Of a stretch of DNA of 64,000 nt, positions 13,501 through 25,578 are shown piece after piece. The notes under the pieces are model-generated. The model worked only from the letters and a program-made list of their open reading frames with translations. It was not told the DNA's origin and made no database searches. Position numbers and translations under genes: made by a program. The first letter of the stretch is position 1; each line of letters begins with the position of its first letter. Source of the stretch: Macrostomum lignano (lineage: Eukaryota); the NCBI GenBank assembly GCA_002269645.1, contig NIVC01000570.1:186001-250000 (forward strand), written 5' to 3'.

Positions 13501-14795
13501 GAAATGGCACCCAAACCCAATGAAATGGCGCCCAAACCCAATGAAATGGCACCCAAAACCAATGAAATGGCACCCAACTCCAATGAAATGACACCCAAAC
13601 CCAATGAAATGGCACCCAAACCCAATGAAATGGCACCCAAACCCAATGAAATGGCACCCAAACCCAATGAAATGGCACCCAAATCCAATGAAATGGCACC
13701 CAAATCCAATGAAATGGCACCCAAATCCAATGAAATGGCACCCAACTCCAATGAAATGGCGCTTAAACCCAATGAAATGGCACCCAAACCCAATGAAATG
13801 GCACCCAAACCCAATGAAATGGCGCCCAAACCCAATGAAATGGCACCCAAACCCAATGAAATGGCACCCAACTCCAATGAAATGGCGCTTAAACCCAATG
13901 AAATGGCTCCAAACCCAATGAAATGGCACCCAAACCCAATGAAATGGCGCCCAAACCCAATGAAATGGCACCCAAACCCAATGAAATGGCACCCAACTTC
14001 AATGAAATGGTGCTTAAACCCAATAAAATGGCGCCCAAACCCAATGAAATGGCACCCAAACCCAATGAAATGGCACCCAAACCCAATGAAATGGCGCCCA
14101 AACCCAATGAAATGGCACCCAAAACCAATGAAATGGCACCCAACTCCAATGAAATGACACCCAAACCCAATGAAATGGCACCCAAACCCAATGAAATGGC
14201 ACCCAAACCCAATGAAATGGCACCCAAACCCAATGAAATGGCACCCAAACCCAATGAAATGGCGCCCAAACCCAATGAAATGGCACCCAAACCCAATGAA
14301 ATGGCACCCAACTTCAATGAAATGGCGCTTAAACCCAATGAAATGGCTCCAAACCCAATGAAATGGCACCCAAACCCAATGAAATGGCGCCCAAACCCAA
14401 TGAAATGGCACCCAAACCCAATGAAATGGCACCCAACTTCAATGAAATGGTGCTTAAACCCAATAAAATGGCGCCCAAACCCAATGAAATGGCACCCAAA
14501 CCCAATGAAATGGCACCCAAACCCAATGATAAAGCACCTAAATCCAATGAAATGGCACCCAAACCCAATGAAATGGCACCCAAACCCAATGAAAAAGCAC
14601 CTAAATCCAATAAAATGGCACCCAAACCCAATGAAATGGCACCCAAACCCAATGAAATTGCACCCAAACCCAATGAAGGCTCTAATGAGATGATTGTGCA
14701 GAGTATGTACCAAAGTAACTAACATGTAAGTCTGTAAACCGCAAATGAATTTCAGATACGGACGCAGCATTCGCTTCAAGCCGCGGGCCAACTGA
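10598..14795 (+). CDS. npy: Neuropeptide Y/F family prepropeptide (93 aa; predicted mature peptide ends ...AYLGMIGKPRY-amide)
   Basis: Exons 10598-10604 (ATG TAC T|GTAAGT), 10686-10920 and 14756-14795 splice in frame to MYYYPLLISLLLLASAAASGSPDQEQRRPPLTASRRSPYGRDGLDSLKESLVTIGILLPGASDDEMLRQFRAYLGMIGKPRYGRSIRFKPRAN*. It has a signal peptide, Tyr 10 residues from the C-end, and a G-R amidation/cleavage site. The phase-2 intron splits the Arg codon of the PR-Y motif, the conserved NPY/NPF intron position. ATTAAA at 14858-14863. Confidence 0.88.
10962..12150. repeat. 22-bp CT-rich minisatellite in the large NPY intron
   Basis: About 54 units of CTCTCCCTCACTCTTCT(G/A)CCCT; explains ORFs 10874..12220 and 10923..12170. 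Confidence 0.95.
12520..14680. repeat. 21-bp minisatellite (CCCAATGAAATGGCACCCAAA) in the large NPY intron
   Basis: About 100 units. The MAPKPNE, MKWHPNP and GCHFIGF ORFs are its reading frames. Confidence 0.95.
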
Positions 14796-15164
14796 CAGCA
14801 CAGCCTCAAGTCGCTTTGACTTTGCTGGTCCCCAGTTTAAAAATCGATGGATACAAAATTAAACGCTAGATTAACACGATTGCCGCGCTGTCTCGTGCCC
14901 CGGCATGCAGAGAGTACTTCTCTGCGAGCAAAAGAGTCGTTTTTCATTTTCATAACCATTTTTGGAATATTCCTGCTGGCTGCTGATATTGGCACGAATA
15001 ATTGAAAAGCATCGGATCGTTTCGTGCGAGTTTCCTTTTACATTCGTGTGAATCAGTGAGGAGCAAAAATGGCAATTCTCGCCCATAAGAACCGGCCCTC
15101 CAAGGCACAGGCAGTGTACATGCCTGGCGATTAGAAATTCAGGGTCGCTGTCACCCTGAGAGTA

Positions 15165-16790
15165 GTCATAATGTGACTAATGAGAGTAGAATGTGACTAA
15201 TGAGTGTAAAATTTCACTAATGAGAGTAGAATGTAACCAATGAGAGTAGAATGTGACCAATGAGTGTAGAATGTGACCAATGAGTGTAGACTGTGACTAA
15301 TGAGAGTAGAATGTGACTAATGAGAGTAGAATGTGACTAATGAGAGTAGAATGTGACTAATGAGAGTAGAATGTGACTAATGAGATTAGAATGTGACTAA
15401 TGAGAGTAGAATGTGACTAATGAGAGTAGTCATAATGTGACCAATAAGTGTAGAATGTGACCAATGAGAGTAGAATGTGACTAATGAGTGTAGAATGTGA
15501 CTAATGAGAGTAGAATGTGACTAATGAGAGTAGAATGTGACTAATGAGAGTAGAATGTGACTAATGAGAGTAGAATGTGACTAATGAGATTAGAATGTGA
15601 CTAATGAGAGTAGAATGTGACTAATGAGAGTAGTCATAATGTGACCAATAAGTGTAGAATGTGACCAATGAGAGTAGAATGTGACTAATGAGTGTAGAAT
15701 GTGACCAATGAGTGTAGAATGTGACTAATAAGAGTAGAATGTGACTAATGAGAGTAGTCATAATGTGACCAATGAGTGTAGAATGTGACCAATAAGTGTA
15801 GAATGTGACTAATGAGATTAGAATGTGACTAATGAGTGTAAAATTTCACTAATGAGAGTAGAATGTAACCAATGAGAGTAGAATGTGACCAATGAGTGTA
15901 GAATGTGACCAATGAGTGTAGACTGTGACTAATGAGAGTAGAATGTGACTAATGAGAGTAGAATGTGACTAATGAGAGTAGAATGTGACTAATGAGATTA
16001 GAATGTGATTAATGAAAGTAGAATGTGACTAATGAGATTAGAATGTGACTAATGAGAGTAGAATGTGACTAATGAGAGTAGAATGTGACTAATGAGAGTA
16101 GAATGTGACTAATGAGAGTAGAATGTGACTAATGAGTGTAAAATTTCACTAATGAGAGTAGAATGTGACCAATGAGTGTAGAATGTGACCAATGAGAGTA
16201 GAATGTGACCAATGAGAGTACAATGTGACAAATGAATGTAGAATGTGACCAATGAGTGTAGAATGTGACCAATGAGTGTAGACTGTGACTAATGAGAGTA
16301 GAATGTGACTAATGAGAGTAGAATGTGACTAATGAGTGTAAAATTTCACTAATGAGAGTAGAATGTAACCAATGAGAGTAGAATGTGACCAATGAGAGTA
16401 CAATGTGACCAATGAGAGTAGAATGTGACCAATGAGAGTAGAATGTGACCAATGAGAGTACAATGTGACCAATGAATGTAGAATGTGACCAATGAGTGTA
16501 GAATGTGACCAATGAGAGTAGAATGTGACAAATGAGAGTAGAATGTGACTAATGAGAGTAGAATGTGACCAATGAGAGTAGAATGTGACAAATGAGAGTA
16601 GACTGTGACTAATGAGAGTAGAATGTGACCAATGAGTGTAGAATGTGACCAATGAGAGTAGACTGTGACTAATGAGAGTAGAATGTCACTGATGAGAGTA
16701 GAATGCGGCTAATGAGAGAATAATGCGACCAATGAGAGCTGGTAGAATGTGACTAACGAGAGTAGAATGTGACAAATAAATATGACTAAT
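15165..16790. repeat. 20-bp minisatellite (GAATGTGACTAATGAGAGTA)
   Basis: About 80 units between the convergent NPY and ASNSD1 3' ends. The variant block GTGTAAAATTTCACTAATG recurs four times. Confidence 0.95.
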
Positions 16791-17019
16791 GAGATCATAA
16801 ATTATTTGTAAAAAAGAAATTGGAGCCATAAAAAACTTGAGAAAAGGAATTCATTCAAAGTTAAACAGTTATATTTTTCGCCAGAGCTTAAAGCTATGTA
16901 GAAATGCTGCAGCAAAGTTGCATTATACTTTGCATAAGAATTTTACCAGCTGTTTACGAACAATAAGCAAGAAAGTTCATGGTCACAGAATCGACTAACA
17001 ATCCCTACTTCGACACTGG

Positions 17020-17355
17020 ACTCAAAAATCCCAATTCGATGACACTTGGACTCGAAAATCTCAATTTTATGACACTGGACTCCAAAATCCCAATTTGATG
17101 ACACTGGACTCAAAAATCCCAATTTGATGACACTGGACTCCAAAATCCCAATTTGATGACACTGGACTCAAAAATCCCAATTTGATGACACTGGACTCCA
17201 AAATCCCAATTTGATGACACTGGACTCAAAAATCCCAATTTGATGACACTGGACTCAAAAATCCCAATTTGATGACACTGGACTCCAAAATCCCAATTTG
17301 ATGACACTGGACTCAAAAATCCCAATTTGATGACACTGGACTCAAAAATTCCCAT
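17020..17355. repeat. 30/31-bp minisatellite (GATGACACTGGACTC(C)AAAA(A)TCCCAATTT)
   Basis: About 11 units immediately 3' of the ASNSD1 stop, so probably in its 3' UTR. Confidence 0.9.
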
Positions 17356-17372
17356 TTTGAGCCGAAAGTCCC

Positions 17373-20300
17373 TCAGCCGGCCGCCTCCTTGTGACCCCCG
17401 GCCGGCCGCAGGCGGTCGCAGGCCTGGTCGCCGCGTTCTCGCCGATTTTCGCACTTGGCGATGCGCGAGCCGAACTGCATGGCCCGCTTGGGCCGGACGG
17501 CCGCCAAGGCGAGGCCAAGCCGGGCGGCGCAGCAGCGGAGCAGCAGCTTCTCGCCCTGGCCGCGGTCTCGGCTGAGGTCCGCCTGCGCGGTGGATTGGGT
17601 CAGGGGTTGAGTCAGTGATTGTGTCAGGAGTTGGGTCAGGGATTGGGTCAGGGATTGTGTCAGGGATTGGGTCAGGGATTGGGTCAGAGATTGTGTCAGG
17701 GATTGTGTCAGGGATTGGGTCAGGGATTGTGTCAGGGATTAGGTCAGGGATTGTGTCAGGGATTGGGTCAGGGATTGTGTCAGGGATTGGGTCAGGGATT
17801 GTGTCAGGGATTAGGTCAGGGATTGTGTCAGGGATTGGGTCAGGGATTGTGTCAGGGATTGGGTCAGGGATTGGGTCAGGGATCGGGTCAGGGATTGGGT
17901 CAGGGATTGGGTCAGGGATTGTGTCAGGGATTGGGTCAAGGATTGTTTCAGGGATTGGGTCAGGATTGGGTCAGGGATCGGGTCAGGTATTGGGTCAGGG
18001 ATCGGGTCAGGGATCGGGTCAGGGATTGGGTCAGGGATTGGGTCAGAGATTGTGTCAGGGATCGGGTCAGGGATTAGTTAATAGGGAATGGGTCAGGGAT
18101 CGGGTCAGGGATTAGTTAATAGGGAATGGGTCAGGGATCGGGTCAGGGATTAGTTAATAGGGAATGGGTCAGGGATCGGGTCAGGGATTAGTTAATAGGG
18201 AATGGCTCAGGGATCGGGTCAGGTATTGGGTCAGGGATCGGGTCAGGGATTAGTTAATAGGGAATGGGTCAGGGATCGGGTCAGGTATTGGGTCAGGGAT
18301 CGGGTCAGGGATTAGTTAATAGGGAATGGGTCAGGGATCGGGTCAGGTATTGGGTCAGGGATCGGGTCAGGGATTAGTTAATAGGGAATGGGTCAGACAG
18401 GGAGAATGGTTTGGATAATGGTAAAAAATATGAGCGTATATGGATCAGGAATAAGGATCACGGACTTTTGCCAAGTACAAGCGAGTGGTATCAGTGAAAA
18501 CTGCCAGGGATAAGGGAGAGTACAAGCTCCAGAGCAAAGCAACCAGAGTCATGCAGACTGTGTAACGCACCTTTTTCCATGGCGGCAGATTGGCCAAATA
18601 GGCAACCAGCCGCTCGTCCAAATAAGGAAATCTGGCCTCCCTGCCGTGGTCGGCGACCATTCTGCGAGGGTAGGAGGAAGTTCGTAGTAGCCTACTCATG
18701 CTCAGTAAGGTTAGTAAAGTTTTCAGCGCATGGTATTCAGATTCTACCGGTAATGCTAAATAAAGATGTGTCAAGATCCCAATTCCCAAGAAAGAAATCA
18801 AGTTAAAAAATACCGACTGAAACCTACAGGATGACATGAAACCTACAGGATGACATGAAACCTACAGGATGACATGAAACCTACAGGATGACATGAAACC
18901 TACAGGATGAACATGAAACCTACAGGATGAACATGAAACCTACAGGATGACATGAAACCTACAGGATGACATGAAACCTAAAAGAGTACGTGAAACCAAC
19001 AGGAGCGTAAAATGACGTAAGACACATTCTAGATGACATAAACACATTCATGACATGAAACACATTCTAGATGACGTGAAACACATTCTAGATTACATAA
19101 AACACATTCTAGATGACATATGAAAAACATACTCTAGATGACATGAAACACATTCTAGATGACATATGAAACACATTCTAGATGACATAAACACATTCTA
19201 GATGACATATGAAAAACACATTCTAGATGACATAAAACACATTCTAGATGACATATGAAGCACATTCTAGATGACATATGAAAAACATATTCTAGATGAC
19301 ATGAAACACATTCTAGATGACATAAACACATTCTAGATGACATATGAAACACATTCTAGATGACATGAAACACATTCTAGATGACATGAAACACATTCTA
19401 GATGACGTGAAACATATTCTAGATGACATATGAAACACATTCTAGATGACATGAAACACATTCTAGATGACATATGAAACACATTCTAGATGACATGAAA
19501 CACATTCTAGATGACGTGAAACATATTCTAGATGACATGAAACACATTCTAGATGACGTGAAACACATTCTAGATGACATATGAAACACATTCTAGATGA
19601 CATGAAACACATTCTAGATGACGTGAAACATATTCTAGATGACATATGAAACACATTCTAGATGACATGAAACACATTCTAGATGACATATGAAACACAT
19701 TCTAGATGACATGAAACACATTCTAGATGACGTGAAACATATTCTAGATGACATAAAACAAATTCTAGATGACATATGAAACACATTCTAGATGACGTGA
19801 AACAAATTCTAGATGACATATGAAACACATTCTAGATGACGTGAAACACATTCTAGATGACATATGAAACACATTCTAGATGACATGAAACACATTCTAG
19901 ATGACGTGAAACATATTCTAGATGACATAAAACAAATTCTAGATGACATATGAAACACATTCTAGATGACGTGAAACAAATTCTAGATGACATATGAAAC
20001 ACATTCTAGATGACGTGAAACACATTCTAGATGACATATGAAACACATTCTAGATGACATGAAACACATTCTAGATGACGTGAAACATATTCTAGATGAC
20101 ATGAAACACATTCTAGATGACATAAAACACATTCTAGATGACATATGAAACATATTCTAGATGACATGAAACACATTTTAGATGACATGAAACACATTCT
20201 AGATGACATGAAACACATTCTAGATGACATGAAACACATTCTAGATGACATGAAACACATTCTAGGCATGGCTGATTGCTTTGGGTCTAATGTCGCTTTG

Positions 20301-20876
20301 AGTTGCGGTAGCTCCCAGAACCGCTGCTTCCAAAAAAGTTGTTGACAATCGTAGACTGATCTCGGCGCAATCGCGAGCGCTCGACAAGTGCAGAAGCAGA
20401 GCAGAGTTGAGGAAAATTATCCCCCCCAACAAGAAAAATGGGGCCACACCAAGCGGCAAGAGAAACACCAAAGAAACGCAGCAGCTTTCCGTAGCTCCGC
20501 GTTTCTGACATTCCACCCCGATGCGGGGACAGATGCGCCAGTCCCGATAAAGGGCGGCTCTGTGGGCAGCGGCAGCTGAGGCCCATCATCAATAACATTC
20601 GGTTTGGCAACAAGATTAAGATAGGCTAGTTGGGACTGGCGGACACAAATTCCCATAGGATTGATCATATTATTAATTGCAGGTCAGAAACGGACAAGGA
20701 CAAGCTGTCATCGTTGGCGCGTTTCCGCACTTTTATAAACACGCGGACAGACACAAGTGGCGCCCGGAAACTCACCGATCGTCTCTGCCGAGATTGCGCT
20801 GAGCGATGCGCTTGATCTCCATGGAGACCTCGGCTGCGACTGCCGGGTAGCCGTGCTGGCTGGAATTGGCGAGCGG
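17373..20876 (-). CDS. ASNSD1: Asparagine synthetase domain-containing protein 1, 3' three exons only (partial)
   Basis: Exons ~20876-20776 (...[27 protein letters not shown]), 18661-18571 ([31 protein letters not shown]) and 17582-17373 ([43 protein letters not shown]...*). Introns are GT-AG with matching phases. RNLGRDDR, EARFPxLDE, GEKLLLR and [12 protein letters not shown] are ASNSD1 C-terminal motifs. I found no upstream exons in the window. Confidence 0.88.
17594..18395. repeat. 12-bp minisatellite (GGGTCAGGGATT/GTGTCAGGGATT) grading into longer composite units, in the last ASNSD1 intron
   Basis: G-rich tandem units starting just inside the intron acceptor region; explains the GLGQ/SGIG ORFs. 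Confidence 0.92.
18818..20266. repeat. Adjacent 19-bp (ACCTACAGGATGACATGAA) and 21/23-bp (GAAACACATTCTAGATGACAT) minisatellites in an ASNSD1 intron
   Basis: The 19-bp units span ~18818-18980 and the 21/23-bp units ~19015-20266. Both share the GATGACATGAAAC core. Confidence 0.92.
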
Positions 20877-21052
20877 CTACTGCGGTTACACAAAGTTACT
20901 CAAATGTACTGTCAAAGAGGTGTGTATAGTAGAGGTAAAGAGAGAAATCAAAGGTCCTGAATTGCCCCAGCGCTGGTTGTATGAAACAATGTCATCGAAG
21001 GTATTGCGCCAGCCACAGCCCTTATGGGAATATTGTTACTATTATTAAAATC

Positions 21053-22590
21053 GATTTGGCTTGTCATCCAATTCACCAACTCCCAAGGCACAGAGAGTGC
21101 ACATGCCTGGCGATTTGGCTTGTCATCCAATTCACCAACTCCCAAGGCACAGAGAGTGCACATGCCTGGCGATTTGGCTTGTCATCCAATTCACCAACTC
21201 CCAAGGCACAGAGAGTGCACATGCCTGGCGATTTGGCTTGTCATCCAATTCACCAACTCCCAAGGCACAGAGAGTGCACATGCCTGGCGATTTGGCTTGT
21301 CATCCAATTCACCAACTCCCAAGGCACAGAGAGTGCACATGCCTGGCGATTTGGCTTGTCATCCAATTCACCAACTCCCAAGGCACAGAGAGTGCACATG
21401 CCTGGCGATTTGGCTTGTCATCCAATTCACCAACTCCCAAGGCACAGAGAGTGCACATGCCTGGCGATTTGGCTTGTCATCCAATTCACCAACTCCCAAG
21501 GCACAGAGAGTGCACATGCCTGGCGATTTGGCTTGTCATCCAATTCACCAACTCCCAAGGCACAGAGAGTGCACATGCCTGGCGATTTGGCTTGTCATCC
21601 AATTCACCAACTCCCAAGGCACAGAGAGTGCACATGCCTGGCGATTTGGCTTGTCATCCAATTCACCAACTCCCAAGGCACAGAGAGTGCACATGCCTGG
21701 CGATTTGGCTTGTCATCCAATTCACCAACTCCCAAGGCACAGAGAGTGCACATGCCTGGCGATTTGGCTTGTCATCCAATTCACCAACTCCCAAGGCACA
21801 GAGAGTGCACATGCCTGGCGATTTGGCTTGTCATCCAATTCACCAACTCCCAAGGCACAGAGAGTGCACATGCCTGGCGATTTGGCTTGTCATCCAATTC
21901 ACCAACTCCCAAGGCACAGAGAGTGCACATGCCTGGCGATTTGGCTTGTCATCCAATTCACCAACTCCCAAGGCACAGAGAGTGCACATGCCTGGCGATT
22001 TGGCTTGTCATCCAATTCACCAACTCCCAAGGCACAGAGAGTGCACATGCCTGGCGATTTGGCTTGTCATCCAATTCACCAACTCCCAAGGCACAGAGAG
22101 TGCACATGCCTGGCGATTTGGCTTGTCATCCAATTCACCAACTCCCAAGGCACAGAGAGTGCACATGCCTGGCGATTTGGCTTGTCATCCAATTCACCAT
22201 CTCCCAAGGCACAGAGAGTGCACATGCCTGGCGATTTGGCTTGTCATCCAATTCACCAACTCCAAAGGCACAGAGAGTGCACATGCCTGGCGATTTAGCT
22301 TGTCATCCAATTCGCCAACTCCCAAGGCACAGAGAGTGCACATGCCTGGCGATTTGGCTTGTCATCCAATTCACCAACTCCCAAGGCACAGAGAGTGCAT
22401 ATGCCTGGCGATTTGGCTTGTCATCCAATTCACCAACTCCCAAGGCACAGAGAGTGCACATGCCTGGCGATTTGGCTTGTCATCCAATTCACCAACTCCC
22501 AAGGCACAGAGAGTGCACATGCCTGGCGATTTGGCTTGTCATCCAATTCACCAACTCCCAAGGCACAGAGAGTGCACATGCCTAGCGATT
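21053..22590. repeat. 59-bp minisatellite (GATTTGGCTTGTCATCCAATTCACCAACTCCCAAGGCACAGAGAGTGCACATGCCTGGC)
   Basis: About 26 near-identical head-to-tail units with no spacers. The unit has no stop in any + frame, which produces the three 424-536 aa ORFs. Confidence 0.97.
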
Positions 22591-24139
22591 GGAAAGTCAG
22601 GACCCCTGTGCACCCTGTGTGCCTATATCTGTGTGCGTGCTCAGGGGCCAGAGGAGTGGGCATCGCGATGAAAACGGTACCTAGGACAAGAAGTGTCTCC
22701 GAGTCACCTGCGTCGCCCCAGAGTCGTTGCAGGTAACACAGATAAAATAGGAAAGAGGTGACTCTAAACGACTCTAAAACGACGAGATGTCACGGTACAA
22801 GTCGCCAAAAAGTCGTCAAAGAGTCGCTCAAGACTTTGAAGCGTTTTACTTTGAAACAACTCTGGGGCCGTAAAGAGTCGTATTTGAGGCGTGCCAGAGT
22901 CGCTTTAGAGTCACTGAGTTGTGGTTGAAGCACATTTGCGTCGCTGTCGCTTGATGATTTTGAGTCATCTCTAGCGAAAGTTAAGCGCCAACGCAACCAT
23001 TCTTGGATGACTCTTTCGCGACTATTTTACGATTCAACACCTGATGTGACGCGCTTGTGACGCAACAGTCGCTTCTCCATCGCATAGACGCGTTTGAGTC
23101 GTTAAAAAGTCGCAAGAGTTTCCCCACAGTCACTAGAGAGTTTTTTGTAATGACTCTTTAGCGATTCTTGTCACGATAACGTTTTCAACGGGCATGACTG
23201 CTTGTCTCTGCTGGCTCACTGTTACTTTGAACTGAGGCAGCAATTTACAAACTGACCAAAAAAGTATATTTTACCTCTATGATCGTAACTAGGTAAATAT
23301 TGTTAAGCAAAAAATTACCACGTGTAGTTAACCCCTTAAATGGTAAAGTGGAAAACAACCAGTGAAAAAAGCTATCAATGTTTATCGATATAACTAAATA
23401 ATAGCTACAGTTATAACATATCCAAATTCTATTGACCTATGACAGCTGATTGGTAGTAGTCAGCAGGCACTAAGCGAGATCAATTAGCAAGTCTTTGAAA
23501 AACGATTTCTTTTTAATAGATCGGCAACCGGCGGGCGCGTACAAGAAAATTCAAATTGGCGCCGAGAGATTAGATAAATATTTTCTACTTTGTTTTATTT
23601 TTTCATTTCAACGCAACTCACGCTGGCTCATTGCACCGTGAATAAAATTGGAATTTAGTCTAATCAAAAAGCGTTCTTCCCCAATGTCTTCTCAAAACGG
23701 GATGATAGTGGAGAGAGAGAGAGAGAGAGAGAATCTATTAACAGCTCCAACCAACATCGCATACCAAGTTGGATCGGTAAAAACCGGAAAAGTGCCCGGG
23801 GTGGATAAAAAGGAAACCCCACGGGATCGCCAACGCTGGAGTAGAGGGGATTCGAAGGGAATGAAATTGGCGAGGAGCGAAACATCAAGAGGAAGATATG
23901 GTTGTAGCGAAGTTCTTAAATGTCCTTTGGCATTTACCGAACGTGCTTTCTAAAAGAGAATGTTTGAGTACTTTAAAACTAAAGTGTGCAATACGTTGAA
24001 AGATATTATTATTGAGTTACATCAGCTCATAGAGAAATTATACAGCATGTGTTGCTGGAAGTATCTGAAGTCTGTCAGTAAGAGAAATTCGGTTGCTGGT
24101 ATGAAAAGAACCCGGAAATCTTGAAGTCTGTTGCCGAAA

Positions 24140-24702
24140 GGTACTGTGGAAAACCGGAAGTACGAGCGTATTGAAGTCTGTTGCCAAAAGGGACACTGGA
24201 AAACCGGACGTATTGAAGTCTGTTGCCAAAAGGGAATGTGGAAAACCGGACGTATTGAAGTCTGTTGCCGAAAGGTACTGTGGAAAACCTGAAGTACGAG
24301 CGTATTGAAGTCTGTTGCCAAAAGGGACTCTGGAAAACCGGACGTATTAAGTCTGTTGCCGCAATGAATTTTAGAAGAAACGAAAGTCCTGAAGTCTGTT
24401 GCCGCAATGAATTTTAGAAGAGACGAAAGTCCTGAAGTCTGTTGCCGCAATGAATTTTAGAAGAACGAAAGTCCTGAAGTCTGTTGCCGCAATGAATTTT
24501 AGAAGAAACGAAAGTCCTGAAGTCTGTTGCCGCAATGAATTTTAGAAGAGACGAAAGTCCTGAAGTCTGTTGCCGCAATGAATTTTAGAAGAAACGAAAG
24601 TCCTGAAGCCTGTTGCCGCAATGAATTTTAGAAGAAACGAAACTCCTGAAGCCTGTTGCCGCAATGAATTTTAGAAGAGACGAAAGTCCTGAAGTCTGTT
24701 GC
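24140..24702. repeat. Tandem repeats built on GAAGTCTGTTGCC, ending in a 43-bp unit array next to the gap
   Basis: Period 43 (GCAATG at 24361 and 24404), preceded by related, more variable units. Confidence 0.85.
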
Positions 24703-24746
24703 CAGAAGGGATGGTGGAAAACCGTTCTAGCAATGAGCGTGGCGGT

Positions 24747-25578
24747 NNNNNNNNNNNNNNNNNNNNNNNNNNNNNNNNNNNNNNNNNNNNNNNNNNNNNN
24801 NNNNNNNNNNNNNNNNNNNNNNNNNNNNNNNNNNNNNNNNNNNNNNNNNNNNNNNNNNNNNNNNNNNNNNNNNNNNNNNNNNNNNNNNNNNNNNNNNNNN
24901 NNNNNNNNNNNNNNNNNNNNNNNNNNNNNNNNNNNNNNNNNNNNNNNNNNNNNNNNNNNNNNNNNNNNNNNNNNNNNNNNNNNNNNNNNNNNNNNNNNNN
25001 NNNNNNNNNNNNNNNNNNNNNNNNNNNNNNNNNNNNNNNNNNNNNNNNNNNNNNNNNNNNNNNNNNNNNNNNNNNNNNNNNNNNNNNNNNNNNNNNNNNN
25101 NNNNNNNNNNNNNNNNNNNNNNNNNNNNNNNNNNNNNNNNNNNNNNNNNNNNNNNNNNNNNNNNNNNNNNNNNNNNNNNNNNNNNNNNNNNNNNNNNNNN
25201 NNNNNNNNNNNNNNNNNNNNNNNNNNNNNNNNNNNNNNNNNNNNNNNNNNNNNNNNNNNNNNNNNNNNNNNNNNNNNNNNNNNNNNNNNNNNNNNNNNNN
25301 NNNNNNNNNNNNNNNNNNNNNNNNNNNNNNNNNNNNNNNNNNNNNNNNNNNNNNNNNNNNNNNNNNNNNNNNNNNNNNNNNNNNNNNNNNNNNNNNNNNN
25401 NNNNNNNNNNNNNNNNNNNNNNNNNNNNNNNNNNNNNNNNNNNNNNNNNNNNNNNNNNNNNNNNNNNNNNNNNNNNNNNNNNNNNNNNNNNNNNNNNNNN
25501 NNNNNNNNNNNNNNNNNNNNNNNNNNNNNNNNNNNNNNNNNNNNNNNNNNNNNNNNNNNNNNNNNNNNNNNNNNNNNN
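24747..25578. other. Assembly gap (832 N)
   Basis: Run of N; ORFs crossing it are artefacts. Confidence 0.99.

Noticed and set aside
12448-14809. MAPKPNE and GCHFIGF repeat ORFs as adhesive or structural proteins
   Set aside because: They lie inside the NPY intron, are open on both strands, and single-base indels switch frame without constraint.
21053-22590. CRISPR-like array, or 424-536 aa repeat proteins
   Set aside because: Units are head-to-tail with no unique spacers, there are no cas genes, and the context is eukaryotic. All three frames are open only because the 59-bp unit lacks stops.
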